This document shows, one piece after another, positions 49,651 to 59,934 of a stretch of 64,000 bases of DNA (position 1 is its first letter; each line of letters opens with the position of its first letter). This DNA comes from an uncultured virus (IMG/VR IMGVR_UViG_3300005264_001052) (lineage: Duplodnaviria > Heunggongvirae > Uroviricota > Caudoviricetes): the IMG/VR virus record IMGVR_UViG_3300005264_001052, one strand, 5' to 3'. The position numbers were made by a program, and so were the translations under genes. The notes beneath the pieces are model-generated. The model worked only from the letters and a program-made list of their open reading frames with translations, did no database searches and was not told where the DNA came from.

Positions 49651-50604
49651 TTATGATAATTCTTTAGCTACTTTAATAACTTTAACAGCCTCTGTATAAC
49701 TAAGATCTTTAATATTTTTTATATCTCTATTAAACCCACTGTCTTCTTTGGCTAACAAATCTTTAAGTAATTGTTCTGGGTCTTCCACCCCGCCCAATCT
49801 AGCTAAATTATTAATTGCCATCTCCTGCACATTATTTATTGTTCCTGGGTCATCCGGCCCTGGGTCAGTATTCTGCGTAACTGGAGCAGCTTGAGTAGGA
49901 GTACTAGCTGGAGGAGAAGGAATAGAGTTAGTAACAGGCGAGGTAGAGACAGTGTCACTTTCTTGTACCAAAGGGGACACCGGTGCCACAGGAGCAGCAG
50001 GAGCCTTCTTTTGCATAGATACTGGTGCTGTAGGAATTGGAGGAGTATTAACGACAGGCACTGCCGGAGCACTTTCTTGTACAGCTGGTGCAGGAGGTAC
50101 AGGTATATTTTGCTGTGTGGAATCATTTATTCCGGCTGGAGGAGGTATATTTGGAATAGATTGTGCAGGTACAGGAGGTATTGGGGTAGCAGTCTCTCGA
50201 CCACTAAACCCTGATGGAATAGTACTAGTACTTTCGTCAGCCTCTGTTAGATGTAATCCTACTCCCCATTTTTTACATGCGTCTTTAAGTGCTTTAGAAT
50301 ATGCAGATTTATGTGCAGTTCCAGGGTCTTCTCCGTCTCTTATTACTGCACCACCATATCCTTCCTGACAAAAATCTTCACCGGAAACTGGGTCTTTAGC
50401 ACAAACCCCTACTCTTATAATAATACTACCATTCATAGTATCTAATGATTTCATCTCACTAGACCAATTCATACCAAATATAGAATTCATTCTATCTGCT
50501 ACATTCTTCCATGTAACATAATCATAAACTCCACCTCTCCCTCTTCTTGATTTTACGTTATCAAATGGCGCGTAAAATTGTTCTTTAATACCTAATTCTG
50601 TCAT
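49651..50604 (-). CDS. Rad52/Sak-family single-strand annealing protein with Pro-rich linker
   Basis: YDYV..KNVADRMNSIFG.NWS, EGYG, HKSAYSKALKDACKKWGVGLHL. Confidence 0.85.
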   Translation of the reverse strand: MTELGIKEQFYAPFDNVKSRRGRGGVYDYVTWKNVADRMNSIFGMNWSSEMKSLDTMNGSIIIRVGVCAKDPVSGEDFCQEGYGGAVIRDGEDPGTAHKSAYSKALKDACKKWGVGLHLTEADESTSTIPSGFSGRETATPIPPVPAQSIPNIPPPAGINDSTQQNIPVPPAPAVQESAPAVPVVNTPPIPTAPVSMQKKAPAAPVAPVSPLVQESDTVSTSPVTNSIPSPPASTPTQAAPVTQNTDPGPDDPGTINNVQEMAINNLARLGGVEDPEQLLKDLLAKEDSGFNRDIKNIKDLSYTEAVKVIKVAKELS

Positions 50605-50661
50605 TTTTTTATTTCTCCTTTTTTCGGTTACATATACAATATATACATTATATTTACTTTG

Positions 50662-51615
50662 TCAAGTAATTAAATTATATGCTAGTGAATCTTTTATAGA
50701 ATCTAGAAATAATTTTTTACCTTTTTCATTTTTATCTATCAATATATACTGTCTATTTAAATTTACACATGCTCTACCAGTAGTACCTGAACCCGCAAAA
50801 CAATCAAGCACTATGTCTTTTGGATCTGTGTAAGTAGTTACTACTCTTTCTAATAATTTAACCGGTTTTTGTGTAGCATAATCTAATTTTTCTCCTGATT
50901 GAATAGAATTTATATCCATCCACACATCTTTTATAGGTATTCCGCCCATCTCACTTAAAAACCTTTTAATTCTAGGAACTCCTTTTGGGCCATACTGTAA
51001 TCTATCATCTTCATGTAATTGTTTTAATTTTTTTTGCTCAACTAACCATTGTTTATCGTGGCCATTCCAAGTATATCTCAGGTTAGGCCTAGGGGACACT
51101 TCTGGTTGAGAACTATGAATAGCGCAAGTTATATACATATCGTTATGAATATCGCAAAATTGTATATTATTCTTTTCATAATATTCTTCATCATAAGGTA
51201 TGTATTGGGCATTAAATTTTGCTTTATTACTAATAGCATAAACAAGTAATACATCATGTGTCTTATAAAATTTTTTAGTAGCTTTTGCATTGCCACCCGT
51301 AACCCATACAATTTCATTTTTAAAATTCTTTCTTTTAAATATATTATCAAGAAGAACTTTTATATAATGAGAAGCACTAGTATCACAATGTAAAACTAAA
51401 TTACCAGTAGTTTTTAATCTAGTCTTTATTAATTCTAATCTTGGCGCTAAAAATTCATCACAGAATATTTGTGGATCTTTCCAAAGGTCTTTAAAATCAC
51501 CAAAATCTCTATTAGTAGCAAAAGGTGGATCTATATAACATAGATCCACACTTTTTTCTTCCATTTTATTAAGAAATTCTAAATTATCAGTAATGTAATA
51601 ATTATTTAATTTCAT
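50662..51615 (-). CDS. Site-specific DNA methyltransferase (N4/N6 class)
   Basis: YIDPPF, TQKP, LDCFAGSGTT. Confidence 0.9.
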   Translation of the reverse strand: MKLNNYYITDNLEFLNKMEEKSVDLCYIDPPFATNRDFGDFKDLWKDPQIFCDEFLAPRLELIKTRLKTTGNLVLHCDTSASHYIKVLLDNIFKRKNFKNEIVWVTGGNAKATKKFYKTHDVLLVYAISNKAKFNAQYIPYDEEYYEKNNIQFCDIHNDMYITCAIHSSQPEVSPRPNLRYTWNGHDKQWLVEQKKLKQLHEDDRLQYGPKGVPRIKRFLSEMGGIPIKDVWMDINSIQSGEKLDYATQKPVKLLERVVTTYTDPKDIVLDCFAGSGTTGRACVNLNRQYILIDKNEKGKKLFLDSIKDSLAYNLIT

Positions 51616-52417
51616 TAAGTTTTGTTACCCTTTCTTTCCAATTAATACCTGCCCTTAATACGTCAGAAGAAATCTTAGTCACAAGAAAATTAGAATTCTC
51701 TGGATCTACAAGGTCTGTATTATCTATACATGCGTAATACCAAAACTTCCTATCTCTAAATTCTCTTCCCACAGGAATCAAAATAATAAATACCATATCG
51801 AACTCATCAGCCCCATACGCTATATGCCCTGAAGTAGACTGAAACCCTATATTCTTTTTACTATTTCTACGTGTAGTTTCAAAATGAAGTTGTCTATCAG
51901 TAGGACCTTTACCATAGTAATGTCGTACTTTTACCTGAATTCTTTTATTAGTAGACGTTAGCAAGTCATACCCAGACTCATTTGCATTTCTTTTATTATC
52001 TTTATCATAACTATTAACAAATTTAATAGAAGTATTTTCCTCTAGAAATTCCTTAATGTATTTATCACCTACTGAACCTATAACTCGTGCATAATCCTTA
52101 GTGGGTAGATTTTTTATTAGTTGTAATGAATTTAGTACATCTATATCGTTAATAACATTAGTATCGGTTATATTAGCTACAGCCTCTAAACGTTGAACTA
52201 CTGCTTCCTGTCTGTCAATTAATTCTGAGTGTTTAGTAGCGTAATTGCTGTAACGGGTTTTCTTCCCAATAGTTGCACTGCCTCCTGTGAAAAAAGTCTG
52301 TTTTTGAAAATTTTTTCCTTGCCTCTGCCTAATCATACTCTTTTTAACTTGTTTCATACGATTCTTAATACTCCTTTTGTTTAAATAACCATTATTGGTT
52401 AATATAATATAATACAT
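51602..52417 (-). CDS. Putative PD-(D/E)xK restriction endonuclease
   Basis: GYDL...RIQVKVR motif; lies between two methylase genes. Confidence 0.5.
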   Translation of the reverse strand: MYYIILTNNGYLNKRSIKNRMKQVKKSMIRQRQGKNFQKQTFFTGGSATIGKKTRYSNYATKHSELIDRQEAVVQRLEAVANITDTNVINDIDVLNSLQLIKNLPTKDYARVIGSVGDKYIKEFLEENTSIKFVNSYDKDNKRNANESGYDLLTSTNKRIQVKVRHYYGKGPTDRQLHFETTRRNSKKNIGFQSTSGHIAYGADEFDMVFIILIPVGREFRDRKFWYYACIDNTDLVDPENSNFLVTKISSDVLRAGINWKERVTKLNEIK

Positions 52418-52435
52418 GTTTTACTAGTTGTCAAG
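52407..52435 (-). promoter_or_regulatory. Sigma70-type promoter
   Basis: TTGACA-17 nt-TATATT on the - strand; implies the true start of the endonuclease is a downstream ATG. Confidence 0.55.
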
Positions 52436-52437
52436 TA

Positions 52438-53268
52438 TTAATATTCAACTAGTAATTCTTTTACTGGTCTTCTTTTATCCCCATCTGCAGAAATAAATCT
52501 GGTAACCAGTAGCTCTGTTGTTTTTTTCGCATTTTTATAGAGTTCTCTAGAGAATTTGGTATCGTGATTTGATATTAACACTTTAGCTTTAGATTGTTCT
52601 GCTAATAGTGCTAATTTATATTGATCTTCATCTGTAAAACCTTCCTTACTATAATCAGTAAAATTAGATGTTTCAGATAAAGATACGTAGGGAGGATCAT
52701 TAAATAGCGTGTCATTTTCTTTTGCTAATTCAAAAATGTCCTCAAAAGGTTGATTATATATTTTTGTTCTCTCTAATTTGATTGTCATTGATTTTAATTC
52801 TTTTTCTGGAAAGTATACTGTAATTGGATGTCCATACGGCACATTGAATTTGCCCGATTTATTATATCTACATAAACCATTAAAACAAAATCTATTTAAA
52901 TATAAAAACAATACTGCTTTTTCAAATATATCTTTTGATGAATTAAATTTTTTCCTAAATTCATAATATGATTCTTCAGTAGAACCAAGTCTAAAAAGAG
53001 TTTTTGTTTCTTCGATGAAGTTTTTATTTTCTTTTTGTAATGCTTTATACACATTAATCAAATCAGTATTAATATCATTGATTATATATTTATCTGCTTC
53101 AATATTTAAAAATACTACACCAGACCCTACAAAAGGTTCTATAAATCTATCTATACATCTACAAGATCCAAAAGCAAGGTCTGAATATATCTCTTCAGAA
53201 ATTAATTTAATACTTTGAGATTTCCCACCTGCCCATTTGAGAAAAGATTTTTGAAAAGGGTTTTTCAT
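52438..53268 (-). CDS. dam: Dam-like DNA adenine methylase (D12 class)
   Basis: LKWAGGK, EPFVGSG, FNGLCRYN..G.FNVPYG, DPPY. Confidence 0.9.
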   Translation of the reverse strand: MKNPFQKSFLKWAGGKSQSIKLISEEIYSDLAFGSCRCIDRFIEPFVGSGVVFLNIEADKYIINDINTDLINVYKALQKENKNFIEETKTLFRLGSTEESYYEFRKKFNSSKDIFEKAVLFLYLNRFCFNGLCRYNKSGKFNVPYGHPITVYFPEKELKSMTIKLERTKIYNQPFEDIFELAKENDTLFNDPPYVSLSETSNFTDYSKEGFTDEDQYKLALLAEQSKAKVLISNHDTKFSRELYKNAKKTTELLVTRFISADGDKRRPVKELLVEY

Positions 53269-53343
53269 GTTAATTCCGTATCATAGTATAAAAGCAGGGG
53301 GCCTTTTAAGCCCCCGCAGCCTGTGTCGAAACAACAGGGGTGG

Positions 53344-53769
53344 TTAATTTAAACCTTCAATAACTTTTTTAACAGTGTTACCATCAACTACTCCTTTTAA
53401 CCCTTGTATAATTTTTCCCATTGCTTGCATCTTATTTTTATAATCATTAAAATCAATATTTTCTTCAATCCAATATTCAATTTCTTCTCTAGATAAAGTA
53501 GGTGGAAGAAAATCTCTAAGAATAGACAAATATTCTGATTTAGATTCTTCTATCTTAGCATGTTTTAGCATAATAAGCTCTGATTTAATTAGTTTTTTAA
53601 TAATACCATTAATTTCTTCTTCGGTAATCTGTTCATTTTTTTTCTTATTTAATCTAGGAATTTCTCCAAGTATCATTTTTATTGTCATACTTCTTTCTGA
53701 GTCACCAGCCTTCATGGCTTTTCTCATTTCTTTTTTTAAATCTTTTTCTAACATAATTATTCCTTCCAT
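53344..53769 (-). CDS. GatB/YqeY domain protein
   Basis: KAMKAGD...IL..FLP..LS.EEI...MGKI...GVVDG. Confidence 0.8.
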   Translation of the reverse strand: MEGIIMLEKDLKKEMRKAMKAGDSERSMTIKMILGEIPRLNKKKNEQITEEEINGIIKKLIKSELIMLKHAKIEESKSEYLSILRDFLPPTLSREEIEYWIEENIDFNDYKNKMQAMGKIIQGLKGVVDGNTVKKVIEGLN

Positions 53770-53784
53770 TAAAATTAATTCGTT

Positions 53785-53856
53785 TTGCGAGGGGAAGATT
53801 CGAACTTCCGTAAAGGAGCTTATGAGACTCCCGAGTAACCACTACTCTACCTCGCC
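53785..53856 (-). tRNA. tRNA-Met(CAT), second copy with an unpaired 1:72 position
   Basis: Reverse complement GGCGAGG...GGAGT-CTCATAA-GCTCC...GTTCGAATC...CCTCGCAA. Confidence 0.82.
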
Positions 53857-53857
53857 A

Positions 53858-54853
53858 TTATAATATAATACATGAAGCAAAAGTAACGGTAATTTTACTA
53901 GAATCATTAAATCTAATATAAGTTTCCTCATTATACTTATCTAAAGTAACATTTATAATTTGGTTTAACCTATCTCCAATTCCAATTATATTAGGTCTTT
54001 TTCCTTTAATAACTTTAGAACTTACTGCCCCATATAAAATATCTGAAGTCCCTATTGCGTCTAAACTAAAAATTAATCCTGCTGTAAAAGCGAACTCAAA
54101 TAATTCTTTAATCTTATCATGTTTATTGTCTATTACTGCAATAGATGCTAAATTTATATTATAAATATCTCTGTGTTTTATTGCTTTTATTCCTCTGTCA
54201 AACCACGCTTTAGAACCTTCGTAATCAAGTGCGTAGGAAGCTGTATTTACAGCAAAACTTTCTAATAAAAACCAATCATCCGCAGTTAAAGAGGATTCTA
54301 CTTTTTGTATATTATATTTACTATTCGGATAAGAAACATCATCTATTGTCCCAATTATATGATCCATATTCCAAGCATTTGCCATACATATACAAGAATG
54401 AGAAAGTCCATGACAGTAATTAACTTTTTCATTAAAAGCAGACCTTCCATTTGTTTCTACAGTTCCGTAGTCATAACCAGCCTCATCAAGAAAAATACCA
54501 TGAACATATAATTTGTTCCATTCAGTTGCTTTGTTTTTAAATTCTTCAAAGGTTTGAAAAACAGTAACATACCCTAAAATTATTAAATTAGGATTTAATT
54601 CTTTTATTCTTGTGAGTATAATATTAGTATTTACATAATCTTCATGTAACGGGCTAGCGATACCAGCCCCAAGTACTATAATATTGTATTGTGCTATATC
54701 TTGTGCTACTAATTCATTATTCCAACTATTTGTTTCTGAATTAAAAGAACTAAGCCAACCGTAATATATTAAAATATTTTTAGGTTGTTCTCTGTAAATT
54801 TCTGCTACGTCAGTAGTATTAAAAAATTGAAAAGTTTGATTATATATAGCCAT
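53858..54853 (-). CDS. Putative TIM-barrel glycoside hydrolase-like protein
   Basis: IILGYV, GIFLDEAGYD, LLES. Confidence 0.45.
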   Translation of the reverse strand: MAIYNQTFQFFNTTDVAEIYREQPKNILIYYGWLSSFNSETNSWNNELVAQDIAQYNIIVLGAGIASPLHEDYVNTNIILTRIKELNPNLIILGYVTVFQTFEEFKNKATEWNKLYVHGIFLDEAGYDYGTVETNGRSAFNEKVNYCHGLSHSCICMANAWNMDHIIGTIDDVSYPNSKYNIQKVESSLTADDWFLLESFAVNTASYALDYEGSKAWFDRGIKAIKHRDIYNINLASIAVIDNKHDKIKELFEFAFTAGLIFSLDAIGTSDILYGAVSSKVIKGKRPNIIGIGDRLNQIINVTLDKYNEETYIRFNDSSKITVTFASCIIL

Positions 54854-54876
54854 TTTTTTATTTCTCCTTTATATAA

Positions 54877-55593
54877 TTATGTCCATAAATTCTGTCTAAT
54901 ATTTATTAATTTAATTAACATTTCTGTATCTTCTTCTTGATATCTTTTTTCTAATGCATCTATCTTTTTATAAATTTCTTTTTTCTTATCAGATAATGGT
55001 TTAGAAAAATCAAAAAAATCTTCTTTATCAGGAAAACTATCTGGTAGTAATTCATAGGGGTCCATTCTAGCGGGCCTTAAATCAACCCACCATAGATATA
55101 ACTCCTTTACAACCCTTGCGGCTTCAGCTTGTGGTTTATTACCTTCATCAGTACCATTATCAAGAGTAATTTCCCAATCAAGATATTCTATACCGTATTC
55201 TCTATTTCTAAAACGACTATTTAATTTCCACCACGGTCTTTTATAATCTTTATTTAGAATTGCTTCCATCCAAGCCTTTTCTATTTCAACAAAATCTTTT
55301 AGAAGAGAAAAATTTGCATGGAGCAATAAAGTATCTTTATCATAATAGTTTGGCTTAAGCCCAGTATTTATAAGATGCATTTTTTCAAAGTAACCAAATC
55401 TTATGTAACTAACTATATCTTTGTATCTTCTTGTTACAGGCCAAATAGTGTTAGGAATTAAAGTATTTTTAATCCAATAACGTACTGGATATTTAACTTT
55501 GTTTTCTTTGGCAATCCTTCCCCATTCTCCTATCTCTGCATATTTAGGTGGGTACATATCTAACCAATCTTTAAATTTATTTAAATAATTCAT
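54877..55593 (-). CDS. Hypothetical phage-type protein
   Basis: Trp-rich ORF. Confidence 0.55.
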   Translation of the reverse strand: MNYLNKFKDWLDMYPPKYAEIGEWGRIAKENKVKYPVRYWIKNTLIPNTIWPVTRRYKDIVSYIRFGYFEKMHLINTGLKPNYYDKDTLLLHANFSLLKDFVEIEKAWMEAILNKDYKRPWWKLNSRFRNREYGIEYLDWEITLDNGTDEGNKPQAEAARVVKELYLWWVDLRPARMDPYELLPDSFPDKEDFFDFSKPLSDKKKEIYKKIDALEKRYQEEDTEMLIKLINIRQNLWT

Positions 55594-55602
55594 ATCTTTC
55601 CT

Positions 55603-57195
55603 TTATATTGCGTATCTAATTATTACTATACCTGAACCGCCTGAACCTCCAGTATCACTTGCAATTCCTCCACCACCTCCTCCAGTATTTGCAGCTCCAT
55701 CATTCCCAACACTTCCATTAGTGTAACCTTTACCATCAGCTCCGCCCCCTAATCCACCGAGTCCAGGTGTTCCTGGATTTGCTTCACGTGTTCCTCCGCC
55801 GCCGCCTCCAGCGTAATAAACAGAAGAACCAGAAATAGAATAAGAAAGACCATCTCCCCCTTTTCCACCGTTTGCTGCACCTACTGCCCCTGCTTCCCCA
55901 GCTCCGCCGCCGCCTCCACCACTTACTGGATAAGGTGGATAGCTTGATCCATCGCCTCCCGCATTACCTTGACCGGCTGTTCCCGTTGATCCGTCTCTAT
56001 AGTCTACATAACCACACCCGCCTCCACCTGAGCCTCCAGATGAAGAGGAAGTTAAATTTGAGCCTCCACCTCCACCTCCTATACTGATTAACGAATCAAA
56101 TATAGAGTTGGATCCATTTGTACCAGCATTATATCCAGATCCTCCAGCCCCTCCGCTGCCAACAGTTATAAAATATTCTTTAGCACTAACAGTAAAATTA
56201 TTATTATATATTAATCCGCCAGCCCCGCCTCCTCCAGTATATCCAGATCCTCCAGCACCTCCGCCTCCAGCAACAACTAAGCATTCAACTTCGCCAGCTG
56301 TCGAAACATCTAAAGTCCCATCGGTAAGGAATGTATGAATCCTATAACCACCTACTTCAGTTATAATCCCTCCAGTTGCTGACACACCACTAGTTATTTC
56401 TTTGAAATCAGGACTACTAGTAAAAAACTGCTTGATTGTAGGTCTTATAAATCCTTCAGCAGCTTTACCACGTAGGTTTCCACGAGATCCAATACTGTAA
56501 AGCCCTGTTATTAGATCTGGTCTTACGTAAGGATTTTCTTCTGCTTCTGTATAAAAAAGAGCTTCTTCTGTTAGATCGAAATTTTCTGTCCAAAGGGCCT
56601 CATCAGAAGTAATTCTAATATTATCAAAATGACAATCAACATCCCAAGTAGTATTTGTATTAAATTGCCCTATTTGTAATGGAGCATTTATAGTATATGA
56701 TACAGACTTGTCTTCAGATTTTTTTGCAATTCCATCAGCATAAAGAGTATATACGCTACCGCCACTTTTAACGACCGCACAATGGTGCCATTCACCATCA
56801 AGCAGTGTATAGTCATCAATAGAATCTAAATTTATAGTATCACTTGAATATGAAGGATGATAGGCTTGAAACACCATTTTACTATTATTCATCCATAAAT
56901 ACCAATATATACCACCATTAACCACAGAGAACATAACATCTCTATTTCCTGCATTATGACTATCAAATTTAAACCAAAAATCAAGTGTAAAATTAGTAGA
57001 AGATATCATTTCCCAATCCGATGATGCTGGAGCACTTATAAATGAATCTCTACTAATATGTATACTGCTTGTTCCATATTTCTGTTCAATAGATGATAAA
57101 GCTACAGTACCTGTAGTACTTAACGTATGATTACCAGTCTCATCCTCAATGGTGGACTCACCATCAATGAATAAATTACCTAAATTTTGAGCCAT
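55603..57195 (-). CDS. LamG domain + glycine-rich domain virion-type protein
   Basis: FTLDFW, WHHCAVV, LYADG, DNIRIT; C-terminal GGGGG repeats ending GGSGIVIIRY. Confidence 0.85.
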   Translation of the reverse strand: MAQNLGNLFIDGESTIEDETGNHTLSTTGTVALSSIEQKYGTSSIHISRDSFISAPASSDWEMISSTNFTLDFWFKFDSHNAGNRDVMFSVVNGGIYWYLWMNNSKMVFQAYHPSYSSDTINLDSIDDYTLLDGEWHHCAVVKSGGSVYTLYADGIAKKSEDKSVSYTINAPLQIGQFNTNTTWDVDCHFDNIRITSDEALWTENFDLTEEALFYTEAEENPYVRPDLITGLYSIGSRGNLRGKAAEGFIRPTIKQFFTSSPDFKEITSGVSATGGIITEVGGYRIHTFLTDGTLDVSTAGEVECLVVAGGGGAGGSGYTGGGGAGGLIYNNNFTVSAKEYFITVGSGGAGGSGYNAGTNGSNSIFDSLISIGGGGGGSNLTSSSSGGSGGGGCGYVDYRDGSTGTAGQGNAGGDGSSYPPYPVSGGGGGGAGEAGAVGAANGGKGGDGLSYSISGSSVYYAGGGGGGTREANPGTPGLGGLGGGADGKGYTNGSVGNDGAANTGGGGGGIASDTGGSGGSGIVIIRYAI

Positions 57196-57229
57196 AATTC
57201 CCTCCTGTAAAACTCTTTTATTTTAAAAC
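57125..57229. repeat. LamG-gene 5' constant box, copy 2
   Basis: See 203..305. Confidence 0.9.
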
Positions 57230-57783
57230 AAATCATAAAATTCCTCTACAAATTCGTCGGGGGTAAAAGGATCAAACCATCCCATTATTTTACCATTAAT
57301 ATTCAAAATACGTTTACTATTATTAACAATGTCTGCTATCAATGGTAAAGTTTCCTCATCTATTATTTCATAAAAATCTAAAAAAATAAAATCATATTTA
57401 TTTTCTGTTGTACAGATATGATGTAATCCACTATCATTTATAATAGTATGTTGTTTTTCAGATCCTTTTCTAATTTTAGAAACTTCTTTATGTACTTTTA
57501 TAACATCCATATTTAATTCAATAGTTGTTAAAGTTTCAACATCAGATAAAGAAAGTATAAATCTAGATGCTACTCCTAATCCTAGTCCTATTTCTAAAAC
57601 GTTACCAAAAGGTTTATCTGTTAATTGTTTTTTATACTCCGCCAATTCTGACTCTAAAGTCCATAAAGTATGTCCTTGTCCTATTTCTAAAAATAATTCC
57701 TTGTTATATTCATAAACCCTAACTTGACCAGACTCTGCAAGTAATTTTCCTTCTCTCCAATATATCATTTTTTTTCCAATCAA
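57223..57783 (-). CDS. Class I SAM-dependent methyltransferase (spermidine synthase-like); paralog of 63384..63935
   Basis: VLEIGLGLG, TTIE, YDFIFLD. Confidence 0.75.
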   Translation of the reverse strand: MIGKKMIYWREGKLLAESGQVRVYEYNKELFLEIGQGHTLWTLESELAEYKKQLTDKPFGNVLEIGLGLGVASRFILSLSDVETLTTIELNMDVIKVHKEVSKIRKGSEKQHTIINDSGLHHICTTENKYDFIFLDFYEIIDEETLPLIADIVNNSKRILNINGKIMGWFDPFTPDEFVEEFYDLF

Positions 57784-57856
57784 AAATTAATTATAAACTA
57801 CTTATCATGGCCCCTTATTACTTGTTTAGTTATTTTTATCGGTTGTTTCATATATT

Positions 57857-59108
57857 TTATTCGTAAATACCTTCCATCATTTCTATTTCATTCAGTCCCA
57901 TAAAAGTTCCGCCAACCGACTCGGTAATTCTTATAATAATATACCTATACGCTACAGTATTAGAAAATTCAAATTCGATCAGTGAAATTTGACCATCAAC
58001 TGACCAATCTTCTCCCGTTAATCCTGAAACTGTTTCTAATACATCCCAATTAGTATCGTCATTAGACCCTTCAATAGTAAATGCAGTTGGAGACCACCAC
58101 ATATTACCAACCATACTGACTTTTTCAATTTGTTGCTCATTTGCTACCCCAAAATCATATTTTATCCAGCCATTTTCACCATCTGCTTCCCACTCATGAT
58201 CTTGGTCTATATGGGCTCCTACTTCCTGCCCGTCATTTGCAAATGCAAAATCGGCAGTCCTGCCTAATCTTGAAGAAGACGCTGTAGCAGTGCCGCCTTC
58301 ACATTTATCTATGGTATATCCAGTTAAAACTGGTGCAGATTCAATTTCTTCAAATTTCATTTTGTAAGGAGCAAAAAACTGCTTGATTGTAGGTCTAATA
58401 AACCCTTCAGCGGCTTTGCCACGTAGGTTTCCTTGACTTGAAGCGCTGTATTTCTTCTGTTCCAGTATAAAAAAGAGCTTCTTCTGTTAGATCGAAATTT
58501 GATGTCCAAAGCGCTGTTCCTTTAGTAAAACGAATATTATCCATATAGCCAACAAATGGAGACCAATTATCTAAATCTTGTCTATTACCTATAGCTAAAA
58601 TAGCACTAAATGTATCGGTTGTTGAAAATGTTTCGGAGGCTTTATTTATTCCATCAATAAATACTGTAAAAGTTGTTCCAGATTTTACTATAGCTATATG
58701 ATGCCAAACATATGCATCTATTGCATCTGGAGTTACTACTTCTAATACGGTAACGTCAGCTATTCTTACAATAAACCCAGGCTTAGATGCCTGACCAGTT
58801 ACAAACCAACAATTATTTCCATTTTCTAAATTATACATGTATTGATTTCTACCAGTTATCGTACCTTCATTTTTAGCCCAAAAATCTATTGTATAATCTA
58901 CAGTTGTACTTCCCACAACATCAAAATCAGTATTATTTTCTACATATATGTAATCATTTCTATAAAATCTAACACTTGAATTACCAAATACCTTATCTAT
59001 AGTACTAACTTCAGCACCACCATGTGTAGTTATTATATGATCACTTCCAGAACCATCATTGATTGTACCTTCACCATCAATGAATAAATTACCTAGATTT
59101 TGTGCCAT
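57857..59108 (-). pseudogene. LamG + discoidin (F5/8 type C) protein split by a frameshift (track ORFs 58407..59108 and 57857..58360)
   Basis: After EEALFYTGTEE a shifted frame reads YSASSQGNLRGKAAEGFIRPTIKQFFAPYK-MKFEEIE, matching the linker of 55603..57195 and continuing into the discoidin ORF (WIKYDFG, FTIEGSNDD.NW, YRYI). Confidence 0.8.
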
Positions 59109-59143
59109 AAATTCCTCCTGTAAAACTCTTTTATTTTAAAAAC
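59073..59143. repeat. LamG-gene 5' constant box, copy 3
   Basis: See 203..305. Confidence 0.9.
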
Positions 59144-59345
59144 TTAATACTTTTGATTAGGTACTTCAAAGACCACATCGTGGTCAACTAATAAATCACA
59201 GCTGGAAAAAAAATCCTGGTTTCTATTAGTGAAGCCCTAATCAGCCAATAGTATGATAATCTTCTAGTCTCGGTCTATTCAAATATAACTTCCAGTAATA
59301 ATTTATTATATAAAGACAAGTAAATACTAAAAGATAAATATATTT

Positions 59346-59927
59346 TTATCGTGATATTATCTCTTTTGCCCAGGATATATCATCCAAAAAATTATTATAG
59401 TTTATATTACTCTTACCACCAAATCTTAAAATATAAGAAGGATGATAAGTTGCAATAACACTTATTTTATCTGTAAACTTGTATCGTTTCCCTCTAATCG
59501 ATTCTAATGATATATTTTTAGATAAATTTAATAAAGTTCTACTTGCGTCTGTTCCTAAAGTAAGAATAACTTTTGGTTCTATCGCCCCTATCTGCTCTAT
59601 TAAGTAAGGAAAACATTTATCTATCCATTTATTAGTCAATTTAATACCTGAAGATCCTACATAACATTTAACAACATTAGTAATATATACATCTTTTAAA
59701 CTTAATTTTGAAACATTTAATATTTTATCAAGAAATTTTCCTGATCTACCTACAAAGGGGTGCCCTATTTTATTAAAAATTGAGTTTTCTTCTGGACCAG
59801 GGCACATGCCACATAACATAATAGAAGCGTATGGGCTTCCTTTAGCAAATACTGAAACTTTTCTATTTTCACTAAGTTCACACAAACTGCAATTAGACGC
59901 TTTATTTTGTACATCAATTAAGTCCAT
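59346..59927 (-). CDS. Uracil-DNA glycosylase family 4
   Basis: CSLCEL, GMCPG.EE, PFVGRSG, YITNVVKC, C.PYL, TYHPS. Confidence 0.88.
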   Translation of the reverse strand: MDLIDVQNKASNCSLCELSENRKVSVFAKGSPYASIMLCGMCPGPEENSIFNKIGHPFVGRSGKFLDKILNVSKLSLKDVYITNVVKCYVGSSGIKLTNKWIDKCFPYLIEQIGAIEPKVILTLGTDASRTLLNLSKNISLESIRGKRYKFTDKISVIATYHPSYILRFGGKSNINYNNFLDDISWAKEIISR

Positions 59928-59934
59928 AAATTCT

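Noticed and set aside
55630..56280. GC-rich CCx repeats suggesting foreign DNA
   Set aside because: Explained by glycine codons of the Gly-rich domain.
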